Assembly (NCBI GenBank): GCA_044371785.1
Contig: JBILTA010000817.1
Span: 1-44,805 of the forward strand
Source: Pirellulaceae bacterium
GTDB lineage: Bacteria; Planctomycetota; Planctomycetia; Pirellulales; Pirellulaceae
Reading direction: 5' to 3'
Length of the DNA stretch: 44,805 nt
Part shown: in pieces, positions 7,931 through 16,735 of the stretch
Position numbering within the stretch: position 1 is the stretch's first letter
How the letters are laid out: every line of letters begins with the position of its first letter
Notes under the pieces: generated by a model
What the model was told of the DNA's origin: nothing
Databases searched by the model: none
What the model saw: only the letters and a program-made list of their open reading frames with translations
Made by a program: the position numbers and the translations under genes

Positions 7931-8606
7931 AATCTTCCACTTGTAGGATCTTTGCTAGACGTGCATTCTTAATTGCATCATCTTCAGTGAGACCCTTTTC
8001 CAGGAAGGTCTCCAGAACGGTATTCCACGTTGCTCCTTTCTCAGTCAGCAGAGCGTCCGCTCTCTTGATTCCAATACTTGGTACACCGCTATACCCATCT
8101 GTTTGATCACCAGCCATTGTCTGGATCAAATGCCAGCGCTTTCCCTCTTCTTTTGTGATTGTGACGACTTCATTAGTAAGGTCGTACAAGTCACCTGGGA
8201 TCTGCCGCATATCCTTGTCAGGACTACATATGATGTGCCCTTCTTCCTTTGTAGCGTATATGCCTATAGCATCGTCCGCTTCAAGGCCTGTCATCACGAC
8301 TACGGGATATTCTTCCTTGAGCTTGTTGATGACCCTCTTGTAGCCGCACGGCTTCTTTCTGTTTCTATGTCCTTTATACGCTGGATCAATAGATTTGCGG
8401 AAGTTAACAGAATCAGAAAAGAACAGAACAGACTCATCGAAGCATCCAATGTCATTTGCGATGTTGTATAACTCGCGTTCGACATACTCATATGCTTCAC
8501 TGAACTTGGAGGTGACGACGATGACATCATCTCCGAAGTCGATCTCTGTTTCACTGGCTGCACAGCATTTGTATACGATGAAATCAGCATCAATAAGTAG
8601 ACTCAT
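7839..8606 (-). CDS. 5'-3' exonuclease (T7 gp6-like, FEN/PIN fold)
   Basis: MSLLIDADFIVYK.., ..FFSDSVNFRKSIDPAYKGHRNRKKP.GY.., ..GLEADDAIG.., ..CSPDKDMRQIPG.., ..WHLIQTMAGDQTDGYSGVP.. align with T7 gene 6. Confidence 0.85.
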   Translation of the reverse strand: MSLLIDADFIVYKCCAASETEIDFGDDVIVVTSKFSEAYEYVERELYNIANDIGCFDESVLFFSDSVNFRKSIDPAYKGHRNRKKPCGYKRVINKLKEEYPVVVMTGLEADDAIGIYATKEEGHIICSPDKDMRQIPGDLYDLTNEVVTITKEEGKRWHLIQTMAGDQTDGYSGVPSIGIKRADALLTEKGATWNTVLETFLEKGLTEDDAIKNARLAKILQVEDYDFTIQEPRLWSPSSNSRNDDGATVQAKAN

Positions 8607-8740
8607 TTACCTTGCCCCTTCCGCAGTTTCTTAGTGCCTTTAGGGAGCGATCTGGTTCCGTTTCCTTGGTGTGTATGTTTGAACTTGGCACGTGATTTGA
8701 ACTCAACACGACCAAGTGATGTCTTTGACTTTACTGCCAT
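8603..8740 (-). CDS. Small, highly basic hypothetical protein (45 aa)
   Basis: MAVKSKTSLGRVEFKSRAKFKHTHQGNGTRSLPKGTKKLRKGQGK. It fills the polymerase-exonuclease gap, and its stop overlaps the exonuclease start (ATGA). It is below the track length cutoff. Confidence 0.3.
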   Translation of the reverse strand: MAVKSKTSLGRVEFKSRAKFKHTHQGNGTRSLPKGTKKLRKGQGK

Positions 8741-8742
8741 AA

Positions 8743-10077
8743 TTAGTGTACTTCGCTCCAGTTCAATCCTGATTTAGCATCAGCAGAAATTGGAACCCTT
8801 AGGTTGTAGTATTCTCCAGCTGTAGTTGCCCCCCATAACAGAGCAAACTTCATATCCTCTACCATTTCTGGAGACGTTTCAAATTGCAATTCGTCATGAA
8901 CGAACGCCAGTTGGTGAGCCTCAATACCAGCTCTGATCTTTGCCTCATGCGTCAGTAGCATCCAGCGCTTTGCAATTACCCCTGCAGATGACTGCAGCAG
9001 CATGTTCAGCGCTTTATGCGCCGAGTTAACGCTGATATGCCGACCGTCGATGCTGCGTATGTAACCTCGCTTTGCAGCAGTTTTAGTAGCCTCAACAAGT
9101 TTCTCAAGGCCCGGAATGGCATCCATGTAGGCTTGCCTGATTTCCTTGCCCTTTGCTTTTGCCTTGTCCGGGGGAAGCTGGGCATCGTATGAAAGCCCAA
9201 TCTTTTGGTCACCAGCACCATAGAGGAATGCATAGGTTACGGTCTTAACTAACTTTCTTGAGATGCCGATTTTGTCTGCATTCTCTTGGTGGATATCACC
9301 ATTGAGTAGTACATCGGCGTAGCGACCACCGTCATATCGAGCCAAGTAATGTGCCAGCATCCTCAGCTCAATACCTGCCAAGTCAGCACCAACCATCACA
9401 TACCCAGGACTTGCTCTGAACAATCTCCTGAATTCAGCTTCGCTTGGTGTCTGACCTAAGTTCGGTTTACGATGTGCACATCGATGGGTGATTGTTGCCA
9501 CTGAGCAGTGGTGATGCACTCTGTTTTTCTTGACTAGCTTCAGCCAGGCATTAACACCTTCTGATAACATCCCCAGGAACTTAGTAAGTTCAAGACATCG
9601 GAAGAACTGCAGTGCAATTTCTGATCCAATGTCTTTCAGCACAACTTCATCAATGACAGGTTTACCCTTATCAGTGAATTCTGTCGGCTTCCATCCGTAG
9701 TAAGTCTGCATGACCCACGCAATGTGGTCACGGCTTGTTGGGTTTAGATCCTTCAATCTTGAGAAGGCTGCACCTTCTATGTAGCCTTGGGTTTTGTTAG
9801 CTCTTCGAGGAGTGAATTCCGAGCCGAACACGAGAGGGTGCCTGTCTCGAAGTATTTGACTAACTGTTTCAAGCTCTCTTCGGAGAGTTGATTCAAGTTC
9901 CCATGCAGCAGGCTCATCAAAGTACCATCCATGTAGTTCTTGATCAGTAAGAATCTGAGCAACCCTGTGCTCTAACTGGATCCAGTCAGGTATTTGTGGA
10001 AGTGTTTCCAAAGTCTTGTAGTAACGTTGACATCCTGAATCATGTAATCCTGCATTTCTTGAGACCACATCTTCCAA
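8743..10077 (-). CDS. DNA polymerase, family A: polymerase-domain segment with no usable start codon of its own
   Basis: Motif A VGADLAGIELRMLAH, motif B KTVTYAFLYGAG and motif C FVHDELQFE, compared with T7 gp5. The track start at 10077 is TTG and the next in-frame Met is more than 120 codons downstream. Confidence 0.9.
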   Translation of the reverse strand: MEDVVSRNAGLHDSGCQRYYKTLETLPQIPDWIQLEHRVAQILTDQELHGWYFDEPAAWELESTLRRELETVSQILRDRHPLVFGSEFTPRRANKTQGYIEGAAFSRLKDLNPTSRDHIAWVMQTYYGWKPTEFTDKGKPVIDEVVLKDIGSEIALQFFRCLELTKFLGMLSEGVNAWLKLVKKNRVHHHCSVATITHRCAHRKPNLGQTPSEAEFRRLFRASPGYVMVGADLAGIELRMLAHYLARYDGGRYADVLLNGDIHQENADKIGISRKLVKTVTYAFLYGAGDQKIGLSYDAQLPPDKAKAKGKEIRQAYMDAIPGLEKLVEATKTAAKRGYIRSIDGRHISVNSAHKALNMLLQSSAGVIAKRWMLLTHEAKIRAGIEAHQLAFVHDELQFETSPEMVEDMKFALLWGATTAGEYYNLRVPISADAKSGLNWSEVH

Positions 10078-10490
10078 TCAGCAGTCTTACCGAAACTCCC
10101 TTTGTATTCACCCAGGCGGTATCCATAGGATTCCAATGAGTGGCGACCATAGAGTTGCAACGGCATGTGTTTCCACTTCCGCCGATTGTCGATATCTAAT
10201 ATGTTTGCGTGGTAAAGCCTGCTTAGAAGTAATGTATCCAGAATCTTTCCTTTTGGACTAAACCATGGATACAGCTTCTTGATTACTGGTACGTCGTATC
10301 CGATGATGTTGTGTCCAATGAGGGAGCTGGCATCTTCAAGCATCTGAACACCCTTTGTGATTGGTTGTTCAGTGCCTTCATCGTTAAAGACGAAAGTCTG
10401 CTTAGTGTCGAGATCAAGGATGCCAACACAGTGGATGCAGGTAACATCATCGTATAAACCGTTTGTCTCAATGTCGAAGACTAGATTCAT
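9972..10490 (-). CDS. DNA polymerase, family A: N-terminal 3'-5' exonuclease-domain segment
   Basis: Exo I LVFDIETNGL, Exo II GHNIIGYDVPV, Exo III YMIQDVNVT. The real start is probably the ATG at 10490 (the track start at 10502 is GTG). It ends in a stop 106 nt inside the next segment, in the -1 phase relative to it. Confidence 0.9.
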   Translation of the reverse strand: MNLVFDIETNGLYDDVTCIHCVGILDLDTKQTFVFNDEGTEQPITKGVQMLEDASSLIGHNIIGYDVPVIKKLYPWFSPKGKILDTLLLSRLYHANILDIDNRRKWKHMPLQLYGRHSLESYGYRLGEYKGSFGKTADWKMWSQEMQDYMIQDVNVTTRLWKHFHKYLTGSS

Positions 10491-10573
10491 TGAGGCTTCC
10501 ACACATACGTTTTATCAACGAATTGTGCTTTGACTACATCTTCAGGAGTAGGTGGTTTTGGTCGTGTCAGCAT
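10487..10573 (-). CDS. Tiny hypothetical ORF (28 aa), speculative
   Basis: MLTRPKPPTPEDVVKAQFVDKTYVWKPQ. It fills the helicase-polymerase gap, and its stop overlaps the polymerase ATG (ATGA). Confidence 0.2.
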   Translation of the reverse strand: MLTRPKPPTPEDVVKAQFVDKTYVWKPQ

Positions 10574-10592
10574 TGCTTGCTGATGCGGTGAT

Positions 10593-12194
10593 TCAAAAGT
10601 CTGTTGTTGGCTCGAATTCTTCTTCGTGTTGAGTTTCATTAAACTTACAGGTGGCTAAGTCGTATTTCAATGTGCACGCGATGCCAACCTCGCCTGAATA
10701 GCGATTCTTAAGGACTCGCACAGTCGTATCACTTCCTCCAGATGCGCTCTGCTGGTTTCGTTCGAGTGCAATAACTCCGTCAGAGAGTTGTGCAATGGCC
10801 GCAGATCCTCGCAACTGTCCCAAAGTGACGCGGGCACCCTCTTCATGGTTCTGGTCACTACTTGTACGCCGTAGATGTGAAACAAGGAACATGGCAACAC
10901 CAGTCCGTTCAACAAGACTTCTCAGCCTTGTCATGGTCTGATCAATGATCCTTCGTTCATCACCATCAAGACCGCTCAGCAGGATGCTTAGGTGATCTAA
11001 AAAGATGACCCGTGCATCAAGACCCGCTGCCAAGTATTCAATTCGGTTGTATATGAGATCAGGATCAAAAGAACCAAAGCCGTCGAAAAGAAAGAGATTC
11101 CAGTTAGCAAGAGTTGTTTGATACGCTTCGGTGAGAGTAGATCGGTCATGTTCTCCAAGGTGTAGGGACTTGCCAACAGCAGCGGACATCAGTCCAAGAG
11201 CCGTTCGACGATTTGACTCTTCAAGTGCCAGGTATCCAACCCGTTCTCCTTTGTTGAGAAGGTGAGTTGCAAGTTCACGACAGAAGCTGGATTTTCCGAT
11301 CCCAGAACCTGCAGTAATCGTGACAAGCTCTCCATACCTGATCCCGTGCAGTTTGTGTTGTAGCCCAGAAAATGGGTAGTCATGATCTGCTGGTGGAGTA
11401 GGTGTTGTGACTAATTCAAGGAGTGATTTCCCATCAACGATCCCATCTGGACGGTAAGGTTTCGCGTCCCAAATGGCACGACGAATCGCCTCAGAGTCAT
11501 TCGCTGATAGGGCATCTGATGCATCTTTGTAATCACCTTGGAGCGCAGCAATCTTGCACTTGCCAGGCGGCAGTACGCTTGCTGATTCCTCTGTCGCCCT
11601 ACGGCCTGCATCGTCAGTGTCGTAAAACAACACAACCTCTTCGTACCCTTGCAGCCATTCGAGATTTTTTTGAATCGACTTTTTGGCTGCAGCGGCACCG
11701 CTTGGTAGAGATACCATCGGCCACCCCGGCATCGCTTCTTGACATGAAGCTGCATCGAGTTCCCCTTCAGTGATAACAACTCGTTTTCCTGTGGTGGGAA
11801 ACAAATGCTGTCCAAAGAGCGTGCCTGGTACTTCCCCTTCATAACTAAAGACCTTATCCTTTGTCTTCAGTTTGCATCCTTTAAGGATTCCAGAATTGTC
11901 GAAATAATGGAACCGTAGAACGTCTCCATCTTTAAAGATCTTGTATTGTTGGCAGACCTTTTCTGATAGGTTCCGTTTGTTAAGCCGTTGGGCTTCTCCT
12001 TTGAGGCTGACATGGGCGGACATGGTTTTGTGATTGTGAACAATCTCTTCTGTGTGGCCGTAGTTGTTGCAGCGAAAGCAAAATGTATGGCCATCGGAAT
12101 ACAAGGAGTTTGCATCCGATGACCCACATTGCTCACACGGCAAGTGCCTCACGAACTCGCTTTCGCAATTCTGCATAGGCTCGTGCTTGTGCAT
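10593..12194 (-). CDS. Bifunctional primase-helicase (T7 gp4-like)
   Basis: Zn finger CEQCGSSDANSLYSDGHTFCFRC, TOPRIM ITEGELDAAS / FYDTDDAGRRA, Walker A TAGSGIGKSSF, Walker B VIFLDHLS. The track start at 12218 is TTG. ATGs lie at 12194 and 12176. Confidence 0.9.
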   Translation of the reverse strand: MHKHEPMQNCESEFVRHLPCEQCGSSDANSLYSDGHTFCFRCNNYGHTEEIVHNHKTMSAHVSLKGEAQRLNKRNLSEKVCQQYKIFKDGDVLRFHYFDNSGILKGCKLKTKDKVFSYEGEVPGTLFGQHLFPTTGKRVVITEGELDAASCQEAMPGWPMVSLPSGAAAAKKSIQKNLEWLQGYEEVVLFYDTDDAGRRATEESASVLPPGKCKIAALQGDYKDASDALSANDSEAIRRAIWDAKPYRPDGIVDGKSLLELVTTPTPPADHDYPFSGLQHKLHGIRYGELVTITAGSGIGKSSFCRELATHLLNKGERVGYLALEESNRRTALGLMSAAVGKSLHLGEHDRSTLTEAYQTTLANWNLFLFDGFGSFDPDLIYNRIEYLAAGLDARVIFLDHLSILLSGLDGDERRIIDQTMTRLRSLVERTGVAMFLVSHLRRTSSDQNHEEGARVTLGQLRGSAAIAQLSDGVIALERNQQSASGGSDTTVRVLKNRYSGEVGIACTLKYDLATCKFNETQHEEEFEPTTDF

Positions 12195-12339
12195 CGTGAT
12201 AGTCGAACCATGAATCAATCGCCCGATAGAAACCTTTGATCAGGTTCTCGCAGGTTTCAGGATCTTCTGAATCCACATCAGCAAGTAGAGCGCCGAACAT
12301 CTCTGCATAGAAATCTTCAGTGCCGTACGGAATCTTCAT
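12133..12339 (-). CDS. Hypothetical acidic protein
   Basis: 68 aa with an ATG start. No recognisable motif. It lies in the DNA-metabolism operon. Confidence 0.5.
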   Translation of the reverse strand: MKIPYGTEDFYAEMFGALLADVDSEDPETCENLIKGFYRAIDSWFDYHDAQARAYAELRKRVREALAV

Positions 12340-12452
12340 TTCTGTTTGTGGTAAGTGTTGATCAGTTCTTCGTAACCATCCAGTGCATCCTCGAATCCTT
12401 CGATGATGTCGTTGGCAGAAGCGTATTTATCCAGCGCCATGATGAGATTCAT
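12336..12452 (-). CDS. Small acidic hypothetical protein (38 aa)
   Basis: MNLIMALDKYASANDIIEGFEDALDGYEELINTYHKQK. It fills the gap after endonuclease I, and its stop overlaps the next ATG (ATGA). Confidence 0.25.
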   Translation of the reverse strand: MNLIMALDKYASANDIIEGFEDALDGYEELINTYHKQK

Positions 12453-12472
12453 GGCTAGATCCTTTACCAGTT

Positions 12473-12826
12473 CTAGGTCAGCCATTCAATAGGGATGGAA
12501 TGATAAGCACAGTGTTGAATGCCATTCTTTTCACACCACATGGCGTAGGTGGTTTTAGAACGTTTTTCGATCCTGTTATGAGGCGCCTGAAAGACCATCC
12601 GAATATCGAGATCCGGGTTCGCTTTCTTCACAGCAAGCATCTTGCGGCGATCCTCAGGTGTAAAATGACCTTTGGTTTCTAGATAGACACCATTGGGTAA
12701 TAGAAAGTCTGGCGTGTAATTACATTGCAGTATATAAGGAACCTTAGTAGATTCATACTCAAAGTTCACGCCTAGTCCTGTCAGCAGATCAGCGACCTGC
12801 TTCTCAAGGCCAGAGCGATACTTCAT
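12473..12826 (-). CDS. Endonuclease I / Holliday-junction resolvase (T7 gp3-like)
   Basis: YRSGLEKQVADLL..GV.FEYE..KVPY....YTPDFLLPNGVYLETKG.F...DRRKM.. matches T7 gene 3 closely. Confidence 0.85.
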   Translation of the reverse strand: MKYRSGLEKQVADLLTGLGVNFEYESTKVPYILQCNYTPDFLLPNGVYLETKGHFTPEDRRKMLAVKKANPDLDIRMVFQAPHNRIEKRSKTTYAMWCEKNGIQHCAYHSIPIEWLT

Positions 12827-13389
12827 TAGAACTCGTCGTCACCTTCCGCTTGGTTGATGGTGACGTTTGGATCATTCGCCTTGAATCCTTTGGTCTGTCC
12901 AAACAGGGCAGCCACTTCAGTTTCATCGAGATCACCTGCATCAATGCCAGCACCATTGCTCAAGGCAATCAGCTGCATCCCGACCAGCTTCACGGATGTA
13001 CCGTAGGAACCATCAGGCAATTGATACGGCTTCTGCCTAAAGGCCAGCTTCACCTTGGTACCGCTGTAGATCGGCGTGTTCTCATCGGTGATCGGTGTAC
13101 CTTCGGTATCGACAATCGGCGGATTGTCACCAGGCTTCCAGCTGAACTTCAACACGTAGTTGTCGCCTGCCTCTTCCCAAGGTTCAGGCTTAAGGATCGA
13201 GCGCTTCGGGTTCTTGAGTTTGCTCTCCTGCCATTTCAGCAGGTCTGCTCGCTCCTCTTCCAGGCGTTCAATCAGAGCTTTATCAATCACGGCAGACAAG
13301 TTATGTCGACCGAACTTGGATGGTTTCATCACGGCTTGATAGCCTTCCAGGACCACAGGCTCCTGGGTGATGTGGATATTCTTTGCCAT
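12826..13389 (-). CDS. Single-stranded DNA-binding protein (T7 gp2.5-like)
   Basis: 187 aa in the position between RNAP and endonuclease I. The acidic C-terminal tail ends in Phe (..AEGDDEF), as in gp2.5. Its stop overlaps the next start (TAATG). Confidence 0.7.
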   Translation of the reverse strand: MAKNIHITQEPVVLEGYQAVMKPSKFGRHNLSAVIDKALIERLEEERADLLKWQESKLKNPKRSILKPEPWEEAGDNYVLKFSWKPGDNPPIVDTEGTPITDENTPIYSGTKVKLAFRQKPYQLPDGSYGTSVKLVGMQLIALSNGAGIDAGDLDETEVAALFGQTKGFKANDPNVTINQAEGDDEF

Positions 13390-13410
13390 ATGTCGGAGTG
13401 GATAGGTGGA

Positions 13411-14253
13411 TTAATTAAAACGTGGGCGCTTGTAGCCCTGATCAAAGCGTGGGAAAAATTCATCCAACCCTTTGATGATGAAGTCCATGTTGTACCAACC
13501 ATCACGGCGGACGTTGTTGACCATCATCATGATTGATGGCACCAAGGCACTACGCACCTCAGCTGGTAGGTACTGCCATGTCGTACCGCCCTGTTCCCCC
13601 TTGAGGCGGTTCACCTCTTTGATCACACCAGCTTGAACACGGGAATAGATCCCTTCATTCAGCACACTGGCAAACCAGCGGCCAAATCGTGTCGAACAAT
13701 CCGCTGGCACTTCTGCAGCCTTGGGCCGTCCAAAGTAAGAGCGATAGCACTCCAATTGCAGCAGGCCAAGCGGTCCTTCGTAGGCTCTGGCGGTGTCGGG
13801 GAAATTCCGCAGGATGGAGTTGTTGACTTCCTTGGCGGCCTCCTCGTGCATCAGACCTGCTTCTTTGCGCAGGATCAGATCCAGCGAGACACCAATCAGC
13901 TTGTCCGTGATCTCATCGGCATACCGTCCAGCCTTGGTGTTCTTGCCCCGGTAGAGCTTGAGCAGCGACTTGAAGGTGTCCTGGGTCATGGCCAAGGCTT
14001 CCTGAGCCCGGCCTTTGCCGCTCGTTGTTTGGACCGGCAGAATTCCGGCCAGATCGCTGAGATCGCCTGCAGTGACTGACTTCTTTGGACCGGCAGTTTT
14101 GGCGAGATGAGTTCGTAGCGACTCCAATGAGGAACCGCCGGTGTGCCCATACAGCGTCTTGGTCGCCCCACTCAGCGAGAAGTGGGGGACACCCTCCACA
14201 ACCAGGCAGTCGGTGTTGAAAAATTCTGAGAAGAAAGGGGTGGCCGTCTTCAT
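13411..14253 (-). CDS. Hypothetical protein (280 aa), immediately downstream of RNAP
   Basis: A long ATG-initiated ORF in the GC-rich block. I could not recognise a family, though a Bro-N/KilA-N-like N-terminus is possible. Confidence 0.65.
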   Translation of the reverse strand: MKTATPFFSEFFNTDCLVVEGVPHFSLSGATKTLYGHTGGSSLESLRTHLAKTAGPKKSVTAGDLSDLAGILPVQTTSGKGRAQEALAMTQDTFKSLLKLYRGKNTKAGRYADEITDKLIGVSLDLILRKEAGLMHEEAAKEVNNSILRNFPDTARAYEGPLGLLQLECYRSYFGRPKAAEVPADCSTRFGRWFASVLNEGIYSRVQAGVIKEVNRLKGEQGGTTWQYLPAEVRSALVPSIMMMVNNVRRDGWYNMDFIIKGLDEFFPRFDQGYKRPRFN

Positions 14254-14254
14254 A

Positions 14255-16594
14255 TCAACAAAAGAAATAGGTGGATTCGATCACGGATTCCGGTTCAAGG
14301 TCGCCAATGATCGGGGGGTCTGTCTCTGCTCCGATTTGTCGGGCAAAGTCGCGTAGGTAATCGTGCTCAGCAAACAGGTGCATGTAGGTTTCCCGTACCA
14401 GAGTGGACAGAACTGACATGTCTGTAGCCCTGCACAGCACAGAGTCATGGATCAATGCAATCGGTGCATCGAACCGCAAGGTGGACAAGTGAAGTAAGGA
14501 CGCATCCAACGAGTGGATCAGGTTGGGACTGGTGGCATTCCTGTGGTGGTTGAGATCGACCTGATCGGTATCACCTTTGGCTACCGACAGCTTGCATTCA
14601 CCCAACAGTTGCAGCTCAATGCGGACAACGTCCTTTTTCATCAGCTTTTGCTTGACGACAAAGCCTGATGGTGTGGTCCATTGAAGTTGATCAGCGCCGC
14701 GATTGATCGCGTTGCTCACCTCTTCTTCAATCCAGCGCATCACGCGCATCGGACCTGGCACAATCCGCTCCATGGCGGAACGCACCGCTTTCACCACCTC
14801 ACTGAGCTCCTCTTTCTCCAACTCAATGCCATCCTCTGCAAACGCTTCACGGATGTAGCCGCGGTTGCTGTAAGGCTTGGCGTTGTAGGGAACGGTCATC
14901 ACCACACGTTTCGTCTTTTTCCGATCCATGTGCTCTTGCAGCCGCTTTGGGCAGTGAGGCTTAGCTGCCTCTGCCACCACCTTGTAGGCATCGGCTGGTT
15001 TATCACCAGGCAACACATTGACAAGGCGGGCTGTGGATTGATCCCTGGCTAGACCAGCGAGGATCTGTAAGCCAGAGCAGGTGGCATCGGTGGCCACCAT
15101 CAGTCCTGTGAACTGCCGATCCGCTGCAATCACGCAGTGATAGAACTCCTCACAGGCGGCCAGGAATTGCCAAGGTTCATCAGCCACCTCCCACTCAGGC
15201 AGCGACCCAATCGGATCGGTGGCGACTTTTGTGATGATTGTGAAGTTGTTCGCTGTCCATTCCAGCCGTTCAGCCATGGTCGCCTTGTCCAACCCGTAGG
15301 TTGTGGCGACCTGAAAGGCCAACCATTCCTCCGCTTCCGGAGTCATGTACGACTCCTCAGCAAACCTCAAAAGACTCTTACCGAAGTCCGTGTCTTGTGG
15401 GGTGAGGAAGCCAGGGATTGGATAGGCTCTTCCCCTGTAGTCAAAGCTCCAAGGAATAAAGAACCGCTCCACACCCTTGAAGCGACTGACCGCTTCCATG
15501 GTCATGCGTGTGCGACAAGAGCGTTTGAACTCTTGTGCATTGAGGTTCATCGCCTCTGCTGCACGTCTTCGATAATCCTTCCGGCTATCGTAGTTCTCAG
15601 CAATATCCACGGGCTTGGCTGGTAGCTCGTGGTGGACGATGGGACGGAACTTGCCCACAGGCCTTTGCAACTCTTCTAACTCTTCCGCCACAGCCACAAT
15701 GAAGGGGTTGAGACGGAAGGCAACCTTCTGAATCTTGTTCAGAAAAGCCAGGGGCACCTCCCCCTGTATACATGTCGGATCGCCACGACGCACTAAATCA
15801 TGGCCGCGCATTACCTCATTGAGGATGTAGCCGCCTGGGCGTTCATTCGTCCAATCGTTGGGCTCGATCAGCATCGGCCAGGTCAATGGCGCAAACAGCT
15901 CCGACTCGCTGATGATCTGATCTTTGATCTTGAGGAATTCAGGGGTGGGTGCGATGTAATTCACCCGCCGCTTGCCCTCTTGACGGATCGTGCGCGCTAA
16001 CCAGCCGCTGCTTTGGATGATGCAATCCAGCAGCCAGCCGCCCAACTTGACCCGATTGACCCGGCCCCATTGGCTCCAGCTTTCCACCTCATAGCGGTTC
16101 ATCAGGGTTTTGATCACCACCAATTTCTGGTGGGTGCCAATCGAGCGATGCCAGTAGTTCTGTTTCAGTGTGTTAAGAAGTCCTGGAGCGCACCGCTCGT
16201 AGTGACGCATCTGACACTCCGCCTCGATGGCTGAGCCAATCGCATCACACACTTCGGTGACCTGATCGCTGCCCTTTTTGGTGCTGAACACCTTGTCGAA
16301 GGTGATCTTCAAGGCGATGGCACCGGCCGCTAAGGGTTCAATCTCCGCCAGGTACTGCCGGATTTCCTTGAAGTGGGCCCCGGTTTTGCCCTCATGAATC
16401 CGGTTGGCCGTGTCTTCGATCTGGGCTACGAGCACCGGCAGAAGGGACTCGATTGAGGCCACGCCGTACACCGTTGCACTGGCGTAGCTCTGCTCCTCGA
16501 GTTTGCGGGTGTTCTCCCGCAGGCGTTTCAGACCGAGGCGGATCTGATCGCGCTCCAATTGGATCTGCTCATCGATCTGAGCGGGTGTGGCCAT
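14255..16594 (-). CDS. T7-like single-subunit DNA-directed RNA polymerase
   Basis: Motif A region ATDATCSGLQILAGL, motif B KTKRVVMTVPYNA, motif C ALIHDSV, C-terminal ..TYFFC. ATG at 16594 (the track start at 16600 is TTG). Confidence 0.95.
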   Translation of the reverse strand: MATPAQIDEQIQLERDQIRLGLKRLRENTRKLEEQSYASATVYGVASIESLLPVLVAQIEDTANRIHEGKTGAHFKEIRQYLAEIEPLAAGAIALKITFDKVFSTKKGSDQVTEVCDAIGSAIEAECQMRHYERCAPGLLNTLKQNYWHRSIGTHQKLVVIKTLMNRYEVESWSQWGRVNRVKLGGWLLDCIIQSSGWLARTIRQEGKRRVNYIAPTPEFLKIKDQIISESELFAPLTWPMLIEPNDWTNERPGGYILNEVMRGHDLVRRGDPTCIQGEVPLAFLNKIQKVAFRLNPFIVAVAEELEELQRPVGKFRPIVHHELPAKPVDIAENYDSRKDYRRRAAEAMNLNAQEFKRSCRTRMTMEAVSRFKGVERFFIPWSFDYRGRAYPIPGFLTPQDTDFGKSLLRFAEESYMTPEAEEWLAFQVATTYGLDKATMAERLEWTANNFTIITKVATDPIGSLPEWEVADEPWQFLAACEEFYHCVIAADRQFTGLMVATDATCSGLQILAGLARDQSTARLVNVLPGDKPADAYKVVAEAAKPHCPKRLQEHMDRKKTKRVVMTVPYNAKPYSNRGYIREAFAEDGIELEKEELSEVVKAVRSAMERIVPGPMRVMRWIEEEVSNAINRGADQLQWTTPSGFVVKQKLMKKDVVRIELQLLGECKLSVAKGDTDQVDLNHHRNATSPNLIHSLDASLLHLSTLRFDAPIALIHDSVLCRATDMSVLSTLVRETYMHLFAEHDYLRDFARQIGAETDPPIIGDLEPESVIESTYFFC

Positions 16595-16648
16595 ACGCAA
16601 TGAGTGTGAAGAATTGTTGAGACTCGGTGACTCGACTGAACTTCTAAG

Positions 16649-16657
16649 CTGTCCACT
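16649..16657 (-). promoter_or_regulatory. AGTGGACAG motif copy 1 (reads CTGTCCACT on +)
   Basis: An exact 9-mer, sitting inside the 8-bp inverted repeat 16621-16628/16665-16672, about 55 nt upstream of the RNAP ATG. Confidence 0.5.
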
Positions 16658-16680
16658 CAGGGATACCGAGTCAGGGCAGT

Positions 16681-16703
16681 AAAAAAGCGGGTGTTACCCC
16701 GCT
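16681..16703 (-). terminator. Rho-independent terminator after int/attP
   Basis: The - strand reads AGCGGG-GTAACA-CCCGCT followed by TTTTTT. Confidence 0.6.
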
Positions 16704-16704
16704 T

Positions 16705-16713
16705 GTGTCCACT
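16705..16713 (-). promoter_or_regulatory. AGTGGACAG motif variant (AGTGGACAC)
   Basis: A one-mismatch copy abutting the terminator hairpin. Confidence 0.35.
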
Positions 16714-16735
16714 AGAGCTATAGGTCTAGGTCGCT

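Noticed and set aside
12850-13536. 228-aa + strand ORF
   Set aside because: It is entirely antisense to the well-supported SSB gene and the 280-aa ORF, in the GC-rich block where long shadow ORFs are expected. It has no motif and no plausible start context.
14681-16234. Several 66-162-aa + strand ORFs inside the RNAP gene
   Set aside because: They are antisense shadows in high-GC coding sequence, and RNAP motifs unambiguously define the - strand frame.
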